Assembly: GCF_006345805.1 (NCBI RefSeq)
Contig: NC_043000.1
Span: 91,822,001 to 91,886,000, forward strand
Source of the DNA: Octopus sinensis
Taxonomy: Eukaryota
DNA: 64,000 nucleotides
Reading direction: 5' to 3'
In this document: in pieces, positions 38,527 through 53,450 of the stretch
Position numbering within the stretch: position 1 is the first letter of the stretch
Layout of the letters: every line of letters begins with the position of its first letter
The notes under the pieces: model-generated
What the model was told of the DNA's origin: nothing
Database searches by the model: none
Seen by the model: the letters and a program-made list of their open reading frames with translations, nothing else
Program-made: the position numbers and the translations under genes

Positions 38527-38855
38527 TTCTTTATTGGCCACCAGGGTTGAACATAAAACATAGAAGATGAATCACAAACGAGGGACAGTGTTGTTAAATG
38601 TGCAAGCAGCAAACAAATATGATTAACACAGAGATTAAATCAACAATACGCTTGGCCAATAGGTGTGAGTTCCACTGTAAGGTGACCAAAGAGACCTCAT
38701 GCACTTTGGACCTCTTATCCTCAAAGTCTCCTCAGGAAGGCACCCTCTCCTCTCCCTTCCATCTGGCCTACAGGTGCACACTTAGAGTAGGCCCATTCAC
38801 ACAGCTTCTAATGAACTTACTGCGTGACAGTACCTCCATCCCTAGCCTTGCTTTC
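38527..38855 (-). pseudogene. Probable Tx1/L1-clade LINE 3' end; a short related tail at ~35005-35050
   Basis: RLGMEVLSRSKFIRSCVNGPTLSVHL*, then a UTR ending CAATAAAGAAAT+(ATT)n. Confidence 0.45.
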
Positions 38856-39079
38856 TTTTTCAATAATGATAATAATAATGATAATAATAATAATAATACA
38901 CAATCATTAACAACTAAGTATCAAAGTTTATAATGTGTGGAAAGAGACCCTCTGAGACTTCTTACAACAGACTGCAGGCTGCTCTCACAGAATCAACCCA
39001 AACAAGCAAGACCAAGTGCTCTGAGAAGTATAACAGGAATAATAATATTAACAACAACAACAATAATAATAAAATAATA

Positions 39080-39165
39080 AGAGGTATTACCCTAGTTCAC
39101 TGGTAGTGAACAGCTGACACCGCAGTACATCTCCAGCATTAGAAGCTGTGCAAAGACAATACCAC
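39080..39165 (+). mobile_element. 3' UTR of the R4/Dong-type LINE seen at 58391
   Basis: CCTAGTTCACTGGTAG...AGTACATCTCCAG.ATTAGAAGCTGTGCAAAGACAATA is shared with 58650-58730. Confidence 0.75.
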
Positions 39166-41051
39166 TACTACTACAACTGCTGCTGCTGCTGCTAATGATA
39201 ATGATGATGGTGATGACAATGACGATGATGATGATGATGATAATGATAATAATAACGATGATGATTTCAAATTTTGGCACAAAGCTGGTAATTTCAGGGA
39301 AAGGAGTAAATTGATTACATCAGCCCCCAGTGCTCAACTGGTACTTAATTTATTGACCCCAAAAGGAAGAAAGTCAACGTTGACCTTGGCAGAATTTGAA
39401 CTCAGAATGTAAAGACAGATGAAACACTGTTAAGCATTTTTCCCAGCTTGCTAATGATTCTGCCAGCTCAATAATAATAGTAATAATAATAATGATAATG
39501 ATGATGATGATGATGACAATGAGCATGATGATGTTGATGATCATGATAAATTGCTAATGTGAGTCATTGGTAGCATATTCTAGTACAACATCTTCCATTA
39601 TCTAGTCATTGGCAACTAAACTAATTTCCCCTACTAAATTTGCCTAAAAAGGAGAGTTTTTAGGGAACCAGTAGAAAACTGAAAGCTGAATCAAGTTCAA
39701 GGTTTATGTCTATCTAGTAGTATTGATTTCAAACTTTGGCACAAGTTCACCAATTTCAGGAGAAGGAATTACTCAAAATTTCGTCTGTGTTCAACTGGTA
39801 CTTATTTTAGCAACTCTGAAAGGCAAAGTTGACCGTAGCAGAGTTTGAACTCAGAATGAAAAACTGGCCGAAATGCCGCTAACCATTTTCACCAGCATTG
39901 CAAGGATTTAGAATATTTAGATTAGTGTCCAACATTCTATAAGACCATTGCAAGTGAGACATTAATTCCCCTTTGTTAAAGTATGTCTTTGAGAAAGCAC
40001 AACCAGATACTTAGGTAGAGTGGTGGTATAACTGACCTAGGTTTGGCAACCTTCAAATGCATCCAGTCTTGAAGGACAACTCTCGGCGTAAAGCCCTATT
40101 AACTTCGTAGCTTTCTGGTTACTTGTTTACATATTTATCTATCTACATATGTACACACGTGTGTATATGCATCTGTGTGTGTGTGTATGTATATATATAT
40201 ATATATATACAAAACCACTCATTTGGAAAATACTTTAAATAAAATTATATAGGATTATCAACATTTGGATTAGAACATGTTCTACAATTGATTTAATATA
40301 AATCGATTAAATGCACAAAATTATTATATCAAAATACCCTAAAACACTTATTCAGCAGAGATACATGTCAAAATATATGATGAAAATAGTTTTTGCTAAA
40401 TAAATTTTAAAGTTGTGTAATTCTCCACCTTTAATTATTATGTCTTGATAATCAACATCATCAACATCATCATCATCATCATCATCATTTAACATCAGTT
40501 CTTCATACTGGCACGGGTTGGACGGTATGACCAGAGCTGGCAAGCTTGGGGGCTGCACCATACTCCATTCTGATTTGGCACAGTTTCTATGGCTGGATGC
40601 CCTTCCTAATACCAACCACTTTACAGAGTATACTGGGTGCTCTTATGTGGCACCAAAAGGGCGCTTTTACATGGCACTGCATGGGTGCTTTACATGTCGC
40701 CACACAGATGCTTTTATGTGTTGCCTAATAAGCACCTTTATGTGGCACTGCATGGGTGCTATCGTGAGGCACCACACATGTGCTTTTATATAACACCACT
40801 ATGTATATTTTATGCAACCAGACGGATCAGTCTTATCATGGCTGGTGTGGGGCATAAGTGTTTTTTAGTATGGCCAGGTCCCAGGTATTTCAGTCCTTTG
40901 TCACCTCACCTGAAAGGTTCAGCTTCCTGAGGTCATTCTTCAGAGTACTGATAACATACTCAGTAATCTACATGAACTTCATCAAAGTGAACTCAGGTTT
41001 CACCAGTCAGAGAGAGTACAGTTAAACCCTTTAACATTCAGATTATTCTCT

Positions 41052-41448
41052 TTAACTCTTTTACTTGTTTCAGTCAGTTGACTGTGGCCATGCTGGAGCA
41101 CCGCTTTTACTCGAGCAAATCGACCCCAGGACTTATTATATGCAAGCCTAGTACTTATTCTATCGGTCTCTTTTGCCAAACCGCAAAGTTACAGGAATGT
41201 AAACACACCAGCATCGGTTGTCAAACAATGTTGGGGGGACAAACACAGACACACACACACACATACATATAGATATACATATATACGACAGGCTTCTTTC
41301 AGTTTCCGTCTACCAAATCCACTCACAAGGCCTTGGTTGGCCTGAGGCTATAGTAGAAGACACTTGCCCAAGGTGTCACACAGTGGGACTGAACCCGGAA
41401 CCATGTGTTTGGTAAGCAAGCTACTTACCACACAGCCACTCCTACGCC
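41052..41448 (-). mobile_element. SINE family A, full length
   Basis: Reverse complement of the family A sequence. Confidence 0.9.
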
Positions 41449-41949
41449 TATTTCTGTTCAATTGTAATGCATATTTATTCATATTGTTTTGAATCAGTCA
41501 TGCATTTTAATGTAGCTTTGAGATTTCAACGATGCATTTGTTAATAATTGGAAATACATTGTAGGATAGGTGTGAGAGGTTGGACCTGGCCAGTCTGAAC
41601 ATGAAATAGGTAGAATATCTTGGCTGCATCTGGCTGGCTTAAGAACTAAAAAGTTAATTGTGTATTCTATAAGATTCTAAATGTTTCCTATCACTCAATG
41701 TGGTTAGTCATATTTGGATTTTATCAGAGTTCTCATGAAATATCTGCTAGATTATAATAACCCTATTCCTCTACATTTTATATATATTTATGTATATGTG
41801 TGTGTGTATATATATATATATACACACACACATCCACACATACAAACATATGTGTATAGATATATATATATAAATACATATATGTGCATATATGTATGTA
41901 TGTGAGTGTGTATAAATATATACATATATATGTATATATATATGTATAT

Positions 41950-42013
<64 letters not shown>

Positions 42014-42903
42014 CATATACACAAACATATACATATATAAAGAGACATGTGTGTATTCATGTATGCTTAAATATATATGTGTATGTATTTATGCATATAT
42101 GTGTGTATTGTGTGTATTATATGAAAAAGATATTCTTAGATTCTGAATAAGACTGCAATATTATCTTCATATTTAAAAATTTTTCCTTCTTATTGTTTTT
42201 CATTTTTTTTCCTGACATTTTTTTTATTATTTCACTAATATTCAAATAAATATCTTAATATTTTTTAGCAAAAAAGCTTCCAAAACAGAAAAAAAAGTGA
42301 AATAAAAGTTAAAAAATTTTTTTTTAACTGAATGAAAAATATAATAAAAAAATAGTAATGAAATAAAGAAAAATAATTTAAAATATTTCAGAAGAAAGAA
42401 ACAAGTTAATGAAAATACGAAATCATTTTGAATAAACACTGTATTTTAGGAAATCTTAAAATGATTTACCATTAAAAATGTCAAATTTGTTTCTATAGTT
42501 AGAGCTAGCAATCTTGTAGTACATTATTAAACTATTTTCCTCTTGTATTCTTTCTGTATCTGCTTGAGGCAGAATTTTGAACTTAAGCAGAGCGGGCAGT
42601 CTCTTGAATAGATTATTACAGAGAATAATGCATTTTTCAAAATGAAGGTCCAGCATTTTATTTACAGTATAATTTATAATTAAAGAGAAACTAGTTTTTC
42701 CTCCAACACTATCATCAGATCATCATATCATCACTCCAAATTTTTCTTTTTTTTTTTCTTCGTCTTTCTGGTCTGTTTAAGAAAAAAAAAATCTAATTGC
42801 CAGAAGTTATCTTTCAGCAATATACATAGATACTTATATATATATATATTTGTATGTATGTATGTGCTTGTGTGTGTACATATATGTATATGTATATATC
42901 TAT

Positions 42904-42943
<40 letters not shown>

Positions 42944-43174
42944 CATATATTAAACATATATATGTATGTGTGTGCGTGTGTGTGTACATGTGTATACATG
43001 TGCATGTATATGTATGTTTCTAGTGTATGTATTTTAATTATTATATATCGATTTCAAATTTCCTATATGAGGAAGATCTTTAATAATATCATAGAATAAG
43101 TAAAGTAAGTGAAACTAAAAGCTATTTTATTTCCATAGAATGTTTCTTGGCCTGCAGAATGATTCAGTGATGAA

Positions 43175-43242
<68 letters not shown>

Positions 43243-43253
43243 TGATGATGATG

Positions 43254-43317
<64 letters not shown>

Positions 43318-44102
43318 TGATGATGATAAAATGCAATATATAAGAATCAACTGGAATTGTTTCATGTAATGAGATATCTCTTGAACAGAGCTGGGCAGAA
43401 AGGGTTAACGGATTTCGGTTGAGCAGCTGAAAGGTATAAGTCTATGGTTATTTCTAAAATTAAAGTAAAAGAAGTCTAGAAAATCCCACCCAGAAAAATA
43501 ACAATAGAATTTGTAAAGAAAATACCTAAAATTGTCCTTAAATGGGAACCAAATTTTGGGACAATATTAAATAATTTGTATTTGATGGGGGTAAATTGTC
43601 ATGATGGAATGAATTAGCAGAGTCGTTACAGTGTATTTTGTGGTATATGTTCTGATACTCTGTGCTCTTAGTTCAAATTTGATATATATCAAATATGTTG
43701 TCCAGATTTTTTTGGTCACTAAAAAGGTATCACTCCAAGACTGTTGATTTGTAGAACTGTAAGAATGTTGAACCTTGTAGATTGCAGCATTTGTTACAGC
43801 TCTATGCATTCTGAGTTAAAATCCTGCTGTAGCTAACTTGGCTTAACATATCCACTAACTGGCACCACAGGTGCTTTTGGTGAGGTCCACTCTGTTCTAA
43901 GTGTTTCAGCCGGGTTTTAAAGCTAGTGATACCTTCACCCCTCCCTTTTAGCAATCTAGGAAGTCCTGTAAATAATTTTGAGTATTGCCTTCTTTTATTG
44001 CCAAAAGATAACAAAAAGAAAAAAGTATCACGTGTAGATTACGATGATGGAACACATTTTTCTAAAAGCCAGCTCCATAAGTACCAAACACAAGAAAAAA
44101 AA

Positions 44103-44144
<42 letters not shown>

Positions 44145-44645
44145 TAAGCAATAAAGGGTTTAGCAACGAATTGCCTTACCACATGCTTAGTATTACTTAA
44201 ATTTTCCTCGAATGAGGCTTTTACATGCCGAAGACTACTTGGTGTAATTGATAATTATTCCAAATTAATTAATTTCACCCTTCATTATTACGGATAACTA
44301 TATATATATATAATATATATATATATATATACATACATATATATATGTATATAGATAAATAGATGTTTCTTTATTAGCCACACAGGGCTGCACAGATATA
44401 TATATATATATATATACAGATAAATACATACATAGATATATACCTATATATATATGTATATACATATATGCATATATATACATATATATACATATATATA
44501 CTTATATATATATGTGCATATATATATGTGTATATATATATATATATGTGTATATATATATATATATGTTTACTTCGTAAAAACTAGTCGCGTTTTTTTC
44601 CCTCCGTTCGCCCACCTCGGGATCTTTCTTTCTTCCTTCTCTTAT

Positions 44646-44680
44646 GTTTCCGACGAAGAGCTCCGCTCGAAACGTCATAC
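44646..44680 (+). ncRNA. Minimal hammerhead-like motif, copy 1 (core variant CCGACGA)
   Basis: CCGACGA-A-GAGC-TCC-GCTC-GAAAC-GTC; weak stem I (GTTT/ATAC, one mismatch). Confidence 0.6.
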
Positions 44681-44773
44681 CCTCCTTCTTCCCTTTTTCC
44701 TGAGCGCCTAATAATAATACTTTAATTGTTCCACGTGTTGTTGTTTTTTCTGTTTTCCCGTTTGGATTAACCT

Positions 44774-44806
<33 letters not shown>

Positions 44807-44905
44807 TGTGTATATATATATATATATGTTTACTTCGTAAAAACTAGTCGCGTTTTTTTCCCTCCGTTCGCCCACCTCGGGATCTTTCTTTCTTCCTTCT
44901 CTTAT

Positions 44906-44940
44906 GTTTCCGACGAAGAGCTCCGCTCGAAACGTCATAC
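44906..44940 (+). ncRNA. Minimal hammerhead-like motif, copy 2
   Basis: Identical to copy 1, 260 nt downstream. Confidence 0.6.
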
Positions 44941-45029
44941 CCTCCTTCTTCCCTTTTTCCTGAGCGCCTAATAATAATACTTTAATTGTTCCACATGTTG
45001 TTGTTTTTTCTGTTTTCCCGTTTGGATTA

Positions 45030-45069
<40 letters not shown>

Positions 45070-46754
45070 CATACATGCAGACATATATATATATTTATCA
45101 AAAATGCATAAATATATTGATAGATAGATATATGCACATACATACGTATATATATCTATGTGTATGTGTGTGTGTGTGTGTGTGTGTGTTTATATATATG
45201 TATGTACCCTTGTCTTGTCATCAAATGATGATTGTGAATGAGATTTACCATCATAAAAGCAATGCTCTTTGTCTCCAGTCTTTCATAAAAAAGTTTGTTT
45301 GGCCATAGACAAATTTTAATTTGCTTGGAAACATGCGAAGGCTGGATTCAGGAAATGTATAATAGCTAACCATAGAAAAACATGCTTCAGCAAATACTGT
45401 TTGACCCATGTAAGCATGGAAAAGAGGACATTACATGATGTAAACAATATTTTCATGATAATTTCAGTCTTTCACATTATTATTTAGTCCCAGTAATAAA
45501 GATTGCAGATTTCCAAAAGCTACTTGCAGTTTGGTTGATTTGAGAATTAACAGTAAGATTTGGTATGAATATATTAATAACAGTCAAACTGGATAGTCCA
45601 TCTGGATTTGATAAATATGGTACCAGTAATATATTGGTGCTAATGATACTGCATATCCTTGGTCCATTCAACAATTGGCTTTATGCCTAAATAAGAGATA
45701 ATTATGTACTGCCAATCCTTTTAATGATGCAGAAATATGGAGAAAATTGATATAGTTAGCACTTCCTTTGATCTGGAGAAATATTAATGATCTGGAGGGG
45801 ATATATAGAAAGGAATATAGTTCTTGAGAAATATAGGGTTTTCAGTTGTGGAAGGTGAGCGGTGCACGTGTGTGTGTGTGTGTGTGGTGGGGGAATGGTT
45901 TGCATAAATAAAGGTCTGTTCATTAAGTAAAGTTCTGACTGATGACAATAGAAAGGAAGAATGTAGAACAGAGTAAAACAAAGATAGAGAAAGAAAGAAT
46001 GAGAAAGAAAACTGAGACAGTGAAAGTCATATGGAAATACACATGCACATGCAAACACATACACATATACAACAAAGACACACACATAAACACATGCACA
46101 AACACAAATATACATACATGTGGAATAAATAAATAATCAAAAGAATGCTTTGGTGAAGGATTAGAAATACATTGGGACTCAGCCAGCAGCTGAAGAGCTG
46201 CAAACGGCAGTTTAAGTAATGGTAAAAGAGGCAGAAAGAAGACACACTTGAATTGTGTGCCAAGATCTGAAGACAGTAGATTTAACTAACACACTAACAG
46301 AGGGTTTTACTGGAAGTTTCTTGGGTACCAAATTTGACACATAGCCCAGTAATTCAGTTTAGAAGTTTGTATGATATTTCAGCTTGGTGTTTCTATTTAG
46401 GATGACCAAATTCTCAACAAATAAGGGTTTCCTTTTATTAGACAAAAGGTTAATTTTAATAGAAATGAGATCTTTGTGACCTTGGTTCTACATTCGATTC
46501 CTTATTGGAATTTATCTTATATCAAGTGTCTTGTACTTAATGTTTAATCATATTCAGTGATCTAATGAATGTTAGCGTCAGCCTTGGAAGATTCACTTAG
46601 ATTTAACGAACTATAAAATGCTTAAATTTTCTATGGTGGACCGTAGTATGAGTTTTAAAAAGCTGTAGTAAAAGAAACTTGCCTAAGGTGCCATGCAGTA
46701 AAACTGAACCTGGAACCATGTTGAGAAGCAGGCTTCTTTGGAATTATGTTTGTC

Positions 46755-47140
46755 TCTTTACTTGTTTCAGTTATTGGAGTGTGGTCATGCTGGGGCACCA
46801 CATTGAAAAATTTTTAGTCAAGTAAATCAACCCCAGTACTTATTTTGTTGTTGTTTGTGTCAGTCACTTTCTTTTGCCAAACGGCTAAATTATAGGATAC
46901 AAACACACCAACACCGGTTGTCAGGTGGTAGTGGAGGAAAATCAAACACACAAAGACATACACACACACACACACATTTATATATATTTGAGAGGCATTT
47001 TTCAGTTTCCATCTACCAATTCCACTCACAAGTCTTTGGTCTGCCTGAGGCTAGAGTAGAAGCGGCTTGCCCAAGGAAACACACAATGAGACTGAACCTA
47101 AAACCATGTGATTATGAAGCAAGCTTCTTGCCACATAGCA
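46755..47140 (-). mobile_element. SINE family A, diverged
   Basis: Tail and middle blocks recognisable. Confidence 0.75.
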
Positions 47141-47880
47141 ATACCAACATCTACTGTATAAAAGAATGGAAATATTTTGTGCATTGTAGAACTATAACCA
47201 ATTTATTGGAGCTAAATTTTAACAACAAAATCTTATATAGACCCCAATTGCCAGGGCCATATGGCCCCCTTTCACCAAGGCTATATGGAACCCCAAGGGC
47301 ATTATGGACACTGGTTAAGAACCACTCGCCTAAACTGCCATTCCTCTTGAAGACTATAGGTTGCAATTTGATGCAGATTAAACATCTAGTTCTGCTTTTA
47401 ATATTTGTCTGGATTGTGTAGGAGTGACAGTGTTCTTCTTCTCATGGTGTAGTAATAGTGTCCGTGTTGTGTAGTTGCATGTGGCTTTCTTTCTTTGAGT
47501 GTCGGTTTATATGCTGTGAATGGGAATGTCTAACGGACAGAGTATGATTCAGTGATCTTTTAATAGTTGTCCAGTAACGAATCAATTGATCCACCCACAC
47601 TGTCCAGTGTAAACATCTCCATATGTTAACAAAAAGAAAAAAAAAAAAAACACAAAGGAAAATTAAGTGATCAAATGTTAAGAAAGTATTATAATAGGAA
47701 ATACAACAACAATAACAGAGAAACAATTGATGTAGACATCAACTTATTTTTATTTCACAGACATAACGGTTCCATATTATATATGAAAACCAATACACAC
47801 ACACACATGCACACACATATGAATGTGCATGTATGTATAATGTTAATGTATTAGATATATATATATATATGTGTGTATAT

Positions 47881-47924
<44 letters not shown>

Positions 47925-48131
47925 ATATATATAATATATATATATATATAATTATATACATAAATATATGCACACATATATAGGTATAGTGATATAAAAG
48001 AGAAAAAAGAACTCAAAATATGAGTATATGTATATTCATATATGTATATACATAAATACATACATATATATATTTATATATATATATATACACACATATA
48101 TATGTATATATATGTATACCCATGTACATAC

Positions 48132-48177
<46 letters not shown>

Positions 48178-48934
48178 ATGTGTGTGTACATATTTAGATA
48201 CACATTCATATAAATACATGTGATATACATATAGATACATACATATATATGTATATATATATATGTATACACATATACATACATATATATATGTATATAT
48301 ATATGTGTGTGGGTATGTGTGCGTGTGTGTACATATTTAGATACACATTTTCGTATAACTACATGTGATATACATATAGATACATACATATATGCATACT
48401 GACATATATACATGTATGTATATGTATATATACACACATACACACACACATACACATACCTACATATATGCAGATATAAATACATTGGCCTTAGTCTAGT
48501 AACATCTTTGATGTAGTGCAATACATATATACACAGTAAAAAATTGTAACTACAACAATAATGTGAACAACAAAGCAGATGATTACCAAAGCAGCAGTGA
48601 TGATACTGACCATGATGATGATGATGACTGCAATGATGATGACGAAGTTGACGACGCCGACGATGATGGCAACAACGATGACAGCGATGACGATGACGGC
48701 GACAGTGATGATGATGATGACAACACTGATGATGATAAGAAGGTGGAGGAAAAGGATACAAGGACAGGGGTATTAGTGATGAGGATCAATACAGTATTAC
48801 GATTGTTGTAAAATGATGACAATGATTCAGAGGAGAATGTAGAAACATAAGACAGTGATGAAAGCAAAATGATCTGATCAAAAGAAAAGAAAGAAAATGG
48901 ATGGGAGAAAAGCAACAACAACAACAACAACAAT

Positions 48935-48974
<40 letters not shown>

Positions 48975-49247
48975 GTAATAATAATAAAAATAATAATGAT
49001 AGTGATAATAATAATCCTTTCTCCTGAAGTGACAAAGCCTGAGATTTAGCTAGAGGGGGCTAGTCAATTACATCGACCCCAGTGAATAACTGGTACTTAT
49101 TTCATCGCCCCCCCCCCCAAAAAATAATAAATGATGAAAGGCAAAGTTGACCTCAGAACATAAAGATGGGTGGAAGCAATTTATTCGGCATGTAAAAAAT
49201 TCTGCCAGTTTGCCACCTTAATAATAATAATAATGATGATGATGATG

Positions 49248-49288
<41 letters not shown>

Positions 49289-49532
49289 TAATAATAATAA
49301 TAATTTCTACGGTAGGCACAAGGCCTGAAATAGTTAGGGAGGGGGATAGTCAATTACATTAGCCTCAGTATGTGACTGGTACTTAATTTATTGAGCCCTG
49401 AAAGGATGAAAGACACTGTTGACCTCGGTGGAATTTGAACTCAGCACATGAAAACAGACGAAATACCTCTAACCATTTCCCCCAGTGTGCTAATGATTCT
49501 GCCAGCTCACCAACTTCATTGATAATAAAAAC

Positions 49533-49586
<54 letters not shown>

Positions 49587-49599
49587 CGGGCCAATTATT

Positions 49600-49800
49600 G
49601 TTGTATTGTTGTGCCTTTAAGGACAGTATCAGAAGGCATCAAGAAGAATATAAAGGAAATTGGAATAGATTGCCCTACAGAACTGTTACAAAGGGCTTGG
49701 CTCCTTGACACAGCCAGAATAATCAGAAAAATATTAGATAGTTGAGGCTGCAAGTAGCAAGACTGCTATGCATGCAAGACTCCAGGAGTAACAACAAAAC
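49600..49800 (+). pseudogene. R4/Dong-type LINE 3' end
   Basis: ...GIKKNIKEIGIDCPTELLQRAWLLDTARIIRKILDS*, embedded between long (AAT)n tracts. Confidence 0.75.
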
Positions 49801-49817
49801 TTAAAATAAAAAGAACA

Positions 49818-49872
<55 letters not shown>

Positions 49873-49884
49873 GTAATAATAATA

Positions 49885-49930
<46 letters not shown>

Positions 49931-49944
49931 GTAATAATAATAAT

Positions 49945-49979
<35 letters not shown>

Positions 49980-50099
49980 CTTAAACAAAACTTGACTTAA
50001 ACAGGATTCGAATAATCCTATCAGGTGGTGCTATTAAGTTAGACATGGCCTGGACCAATCTTTGGTCAAAACATATCTAAGTTTATCTAAATAATAGTA

Positions 50100-50153
<54 letters not shown>

Positions 50154-50426
50154 GTCCTTTTTACAACAGGCACAAGGCCTGAAATTTGGAGGGAGGAAAC
50201 TAGTTGATTACATCGACCCCAATATTTCACTGGTTCTTAATTCATTGACCCCATAACGATGAAAGGCAAAGTCAACCTCGGCAGAATTTGAACTCAGAAC
50301 GTAGCAGCAGATGAAATACCACTAAGCATTTTGCCTGACGTGCAAAAGATTCTGCCAGCTCACCTTAGTATTATTACTATCATTATTATTGTTGTTGTTG
50401 TTGTTGTTTTTGTGAATAATAATAAT

Positions 50427-50495
<69 letters not shown>

Positions 50496-53450
50496 AAGAA
50501 GAAGAAGAAGAAGGAAAAGAAGAAGAAGAGCTAACACTAATTGCTTGCATTGTTGTTGGTCTTCCTGCTGGTGTTCATGCTGTTATTCTTGTTATTGTTA
50601 TAATTGTTTGTTTTTGTTTTCACCCATTTGATTTTCCTTCTCTTTTATTTATTTATTTTTTTATTTTATTTTATTTTCAATATTCAATCTTCATCCCCAA
50701 AACACACATCAAATAAAACATAAAGAAAACAAGATTGAAAATAAAACGAAATAAAACAAAAATCATCCTGAAAACAAGAAGTAAACAAACAAGCAAATGA
50801 AGGAGAAAAAAGAGAAAGAAAGAAAGAGTTTAGAAATAAAAATAAATGGAAATGAAAGAAAGAATTTAAAAAATAAAAATAAATGGAAATGAAAGAAAAA
50901 CAAAATAGCGGAACATAAAAACAAAAACAAAGGCAAAAAGGTCACTTTAATATTGTTTATTAGACCGAAAAATAGCCATCAAATCAAAGTGACTGCAAAG
51001 ATAAGGCAGAGAAATCAATCTTGTCTATATAATAATTTGTAATTAAATTCCACGATGAGGTTGGACGTGAGGATTTTGATTCTCTCTAACCGACTTTCTA
51101 GTTTATTTCTCTGTAACCGTATTTACAGTTGTCTTCTCTTTAATTATCTTTTGAATCTTTTTTCTAACCATCTTTCAAATCATTTCTGTAACCATCTTTT
51201 TCATCCTTTCTTTAACCATTATCCATACTAACTACTTAACAAATATCTCTCACCGTTTTTTTCTCGGCATCTTTCTCGAAATCTTTATTGCATTCTTTCT
51301 CTAAGCATCTTTTGTATCGTATTTTTTAGCTTTTTAAAATTTTCTTTCTAATCCCCTTTTTTTAAAAAATTATCTGTCTAACTATCATCTCAACCATCCC
51401 TCAAACTAATTTTTTTTTTATCATTTCACTATCATGTTAGAGAGTCATCTCTTCAACCATCTGTCCAGATTTCTCTCTAAACTTCTTTCAAATAAACTCT
51501 CTAACAGTCTCTCTAAAAATCTTTATAATCTTAACTATTGCCATTTGGTAGACCATTTCTTTAATTTTATATCAATATTTAGTAGGTGTAGCAGACTAGA
51601 TGTGATGTGCCATATGAATTCGATATGAAGTAGCCCACTACTGAATGTAGCATGTAGACTTAATGCTTCAAGGTTTTTGCATCTGAGTAACCAGTGAACA
51701 TCGAAGAATCAACACCAAGAAGGAAGAAATAATATTTACATATGTTTATTCATTTGCCTGACAGGTAGTTAAAGAGACAGTACTAATTCTAGTAATAGTG
51801 ACAAGGTTGGCTCGCTGGTTAGTAGTTGATAGTGTAGATAAAGGTTGTCTGTCAGTAGAGAGTGAAAGAGTAAGGAATTCATGGTGCTGACCAGAAAAGA
51901 AGAAAGGATAGAGGTGGCATCGTCTTTCTTGTGGCGAAAAGCCACTTTTTGCATGTGGAGCAAAGGGCTAAAGAAAGTGTTGCTCTTAAAAACTAGCACT
52001 TCCTTTTTCTGAGCTGAGATTCAAAGTTGAATCAAAGGATTTTTGCTTGTCTGACACACCACTGGCCAAACAGGTATGAACGAAATTTCTTTGTCCTGTC
52101 AAAAAGTGATGGATGTTTTTTTTTCCTTTGACCCATGACCTCAGCCCGTATCATTTAAGGTTCAAGTGGACAGGAGGCGACCTACATAAGTAGGAATTGC
52201 TTCTGTGGTATGTTTGTCCTTCTAGCTGTCATGACCATTATAAATACAGTCAGACATACGACAGAAGCAGATAGCCAGAGGTGAGAGAGCCATCACCAAG
52301 CGAACTGCCAAGAGAAGCCTTGCGCCAGTTAAGCAGCCAACAGAGACCCACATATTCAGTTAGAACGATCCAACACGGTAGCAGTGGCAGAGCATAAACA
52401 GACACCACTGAATGACCAATGCTCACACAGACACAAAACATGCCCGGTTCTACCTAATCATATTGACACAGTATTTACCCTGTTATTTTCTTCTTCCCCA
52501 ACTCGAAGTTAGTTGGTAATGCCATGTAGTGACTTTTTTGGTGTAAACAAGAAGTAAATGCAAGTGTCGTCTAAATAAATTATCTAAACTTCAATTTGAT
52601 GCTTTACTTTGATGTTGTCCACATGTCTATTTCAACTGCTACCTCAACATCTTTTGCTACACCTTTCCCACTACATAGGTATCTCTCTATTAAATTTTTT
52701 CTCATCTCATATACTTACTTAAATCTCTCAAACCTTTCCTACTCACTTTTAGATATTCTGTCTTGCTTAATTTTAGTCATCAACGCCCAGACCTCTGAAA
52801 CTTTCCTTCTAAAATTCATCTTCCAAAATATTCAACTTTCTTTAAAATACTTCAACTTTCATCTCTAAAGTTCTGTTATCTGTTTTTGTGGAAGCTTCTG
52901 TTCAAGTTTTTCATACATCATTTTTTGTCTTTAATTTTCATCATTAGCTTTCCTTTTACCATTTATCCTTAAATTAATTTTCACTCTCTGCCCCAACCTC
53001 TCTCTCTCTCTCTCTCTCTGCCTTATTCTCTCTTCTTTGTCTTTTCTGTCTAATTTTCTTACATGCACAAGTCTTTATCATATGTTTTAACTATTTTCTC
53101 TTTATCCAATCTATTTGTTACTTCTTTTGCTTGTATTCTCACTGTTAACTCATTTATTAGTGAAATATCAATTAAAAAATATATTTTCTAAAATACTGAT
53201 CATACCAAGTGGCCAGCATGGGAATAAAAATCTTGTAAGTAATAACCATTATTAAAATTATAATTAAGGGTATCTAAAAGATAGCAGTCAAAACTTGACT
53301 CTAAAATCACATCATGTATTCATACAGCACCAGAAGAATAGACAAATAGACAAATAAACTAACAATAATAAATATTATTGGATAATCCAAGATCCGAATT
53401 TTTGGCTCTGTATAAAAATATACTCTGCCTCATCAGTGGGATATAAACAG

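Larger units (their letters stand above)
44568..45032 (+). mobile_element. Head-to-tail dimer of a ~205-bp Penelope-LTR-like unit separated by (TA)n (period 260 bp)
   Basis: 44568-44772 and 44828-45032 are nearly identical; they share GAAGAGC..GCTCGAAACGT, TTTCCTGAGCGCC, AATTGTT and TTCCCGTT with the 3' LTR of the PLE at 276-470. Confidence 0.8.

Noticed and set aside
42456-42656. 66-aa minus-strand ORF in unique DNA
   Set aside because: No acceptor with a pyrimidine tract and no recognisable domain
48563-48811. Asp-rich ORF resembling an acidic biomineral protein
   Set aside because: It is a degenerate (GAT/GAC)n microsatellite with no signal peptide or exon structure
51990-52260. Possible exon (LRFKVESKDFCLSDTPLAKQ|GTATGA) and a TATA box at 52239
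   Set aside because: The acceptor would be an atypical GAG, and a lone TATAAATA is uninformative
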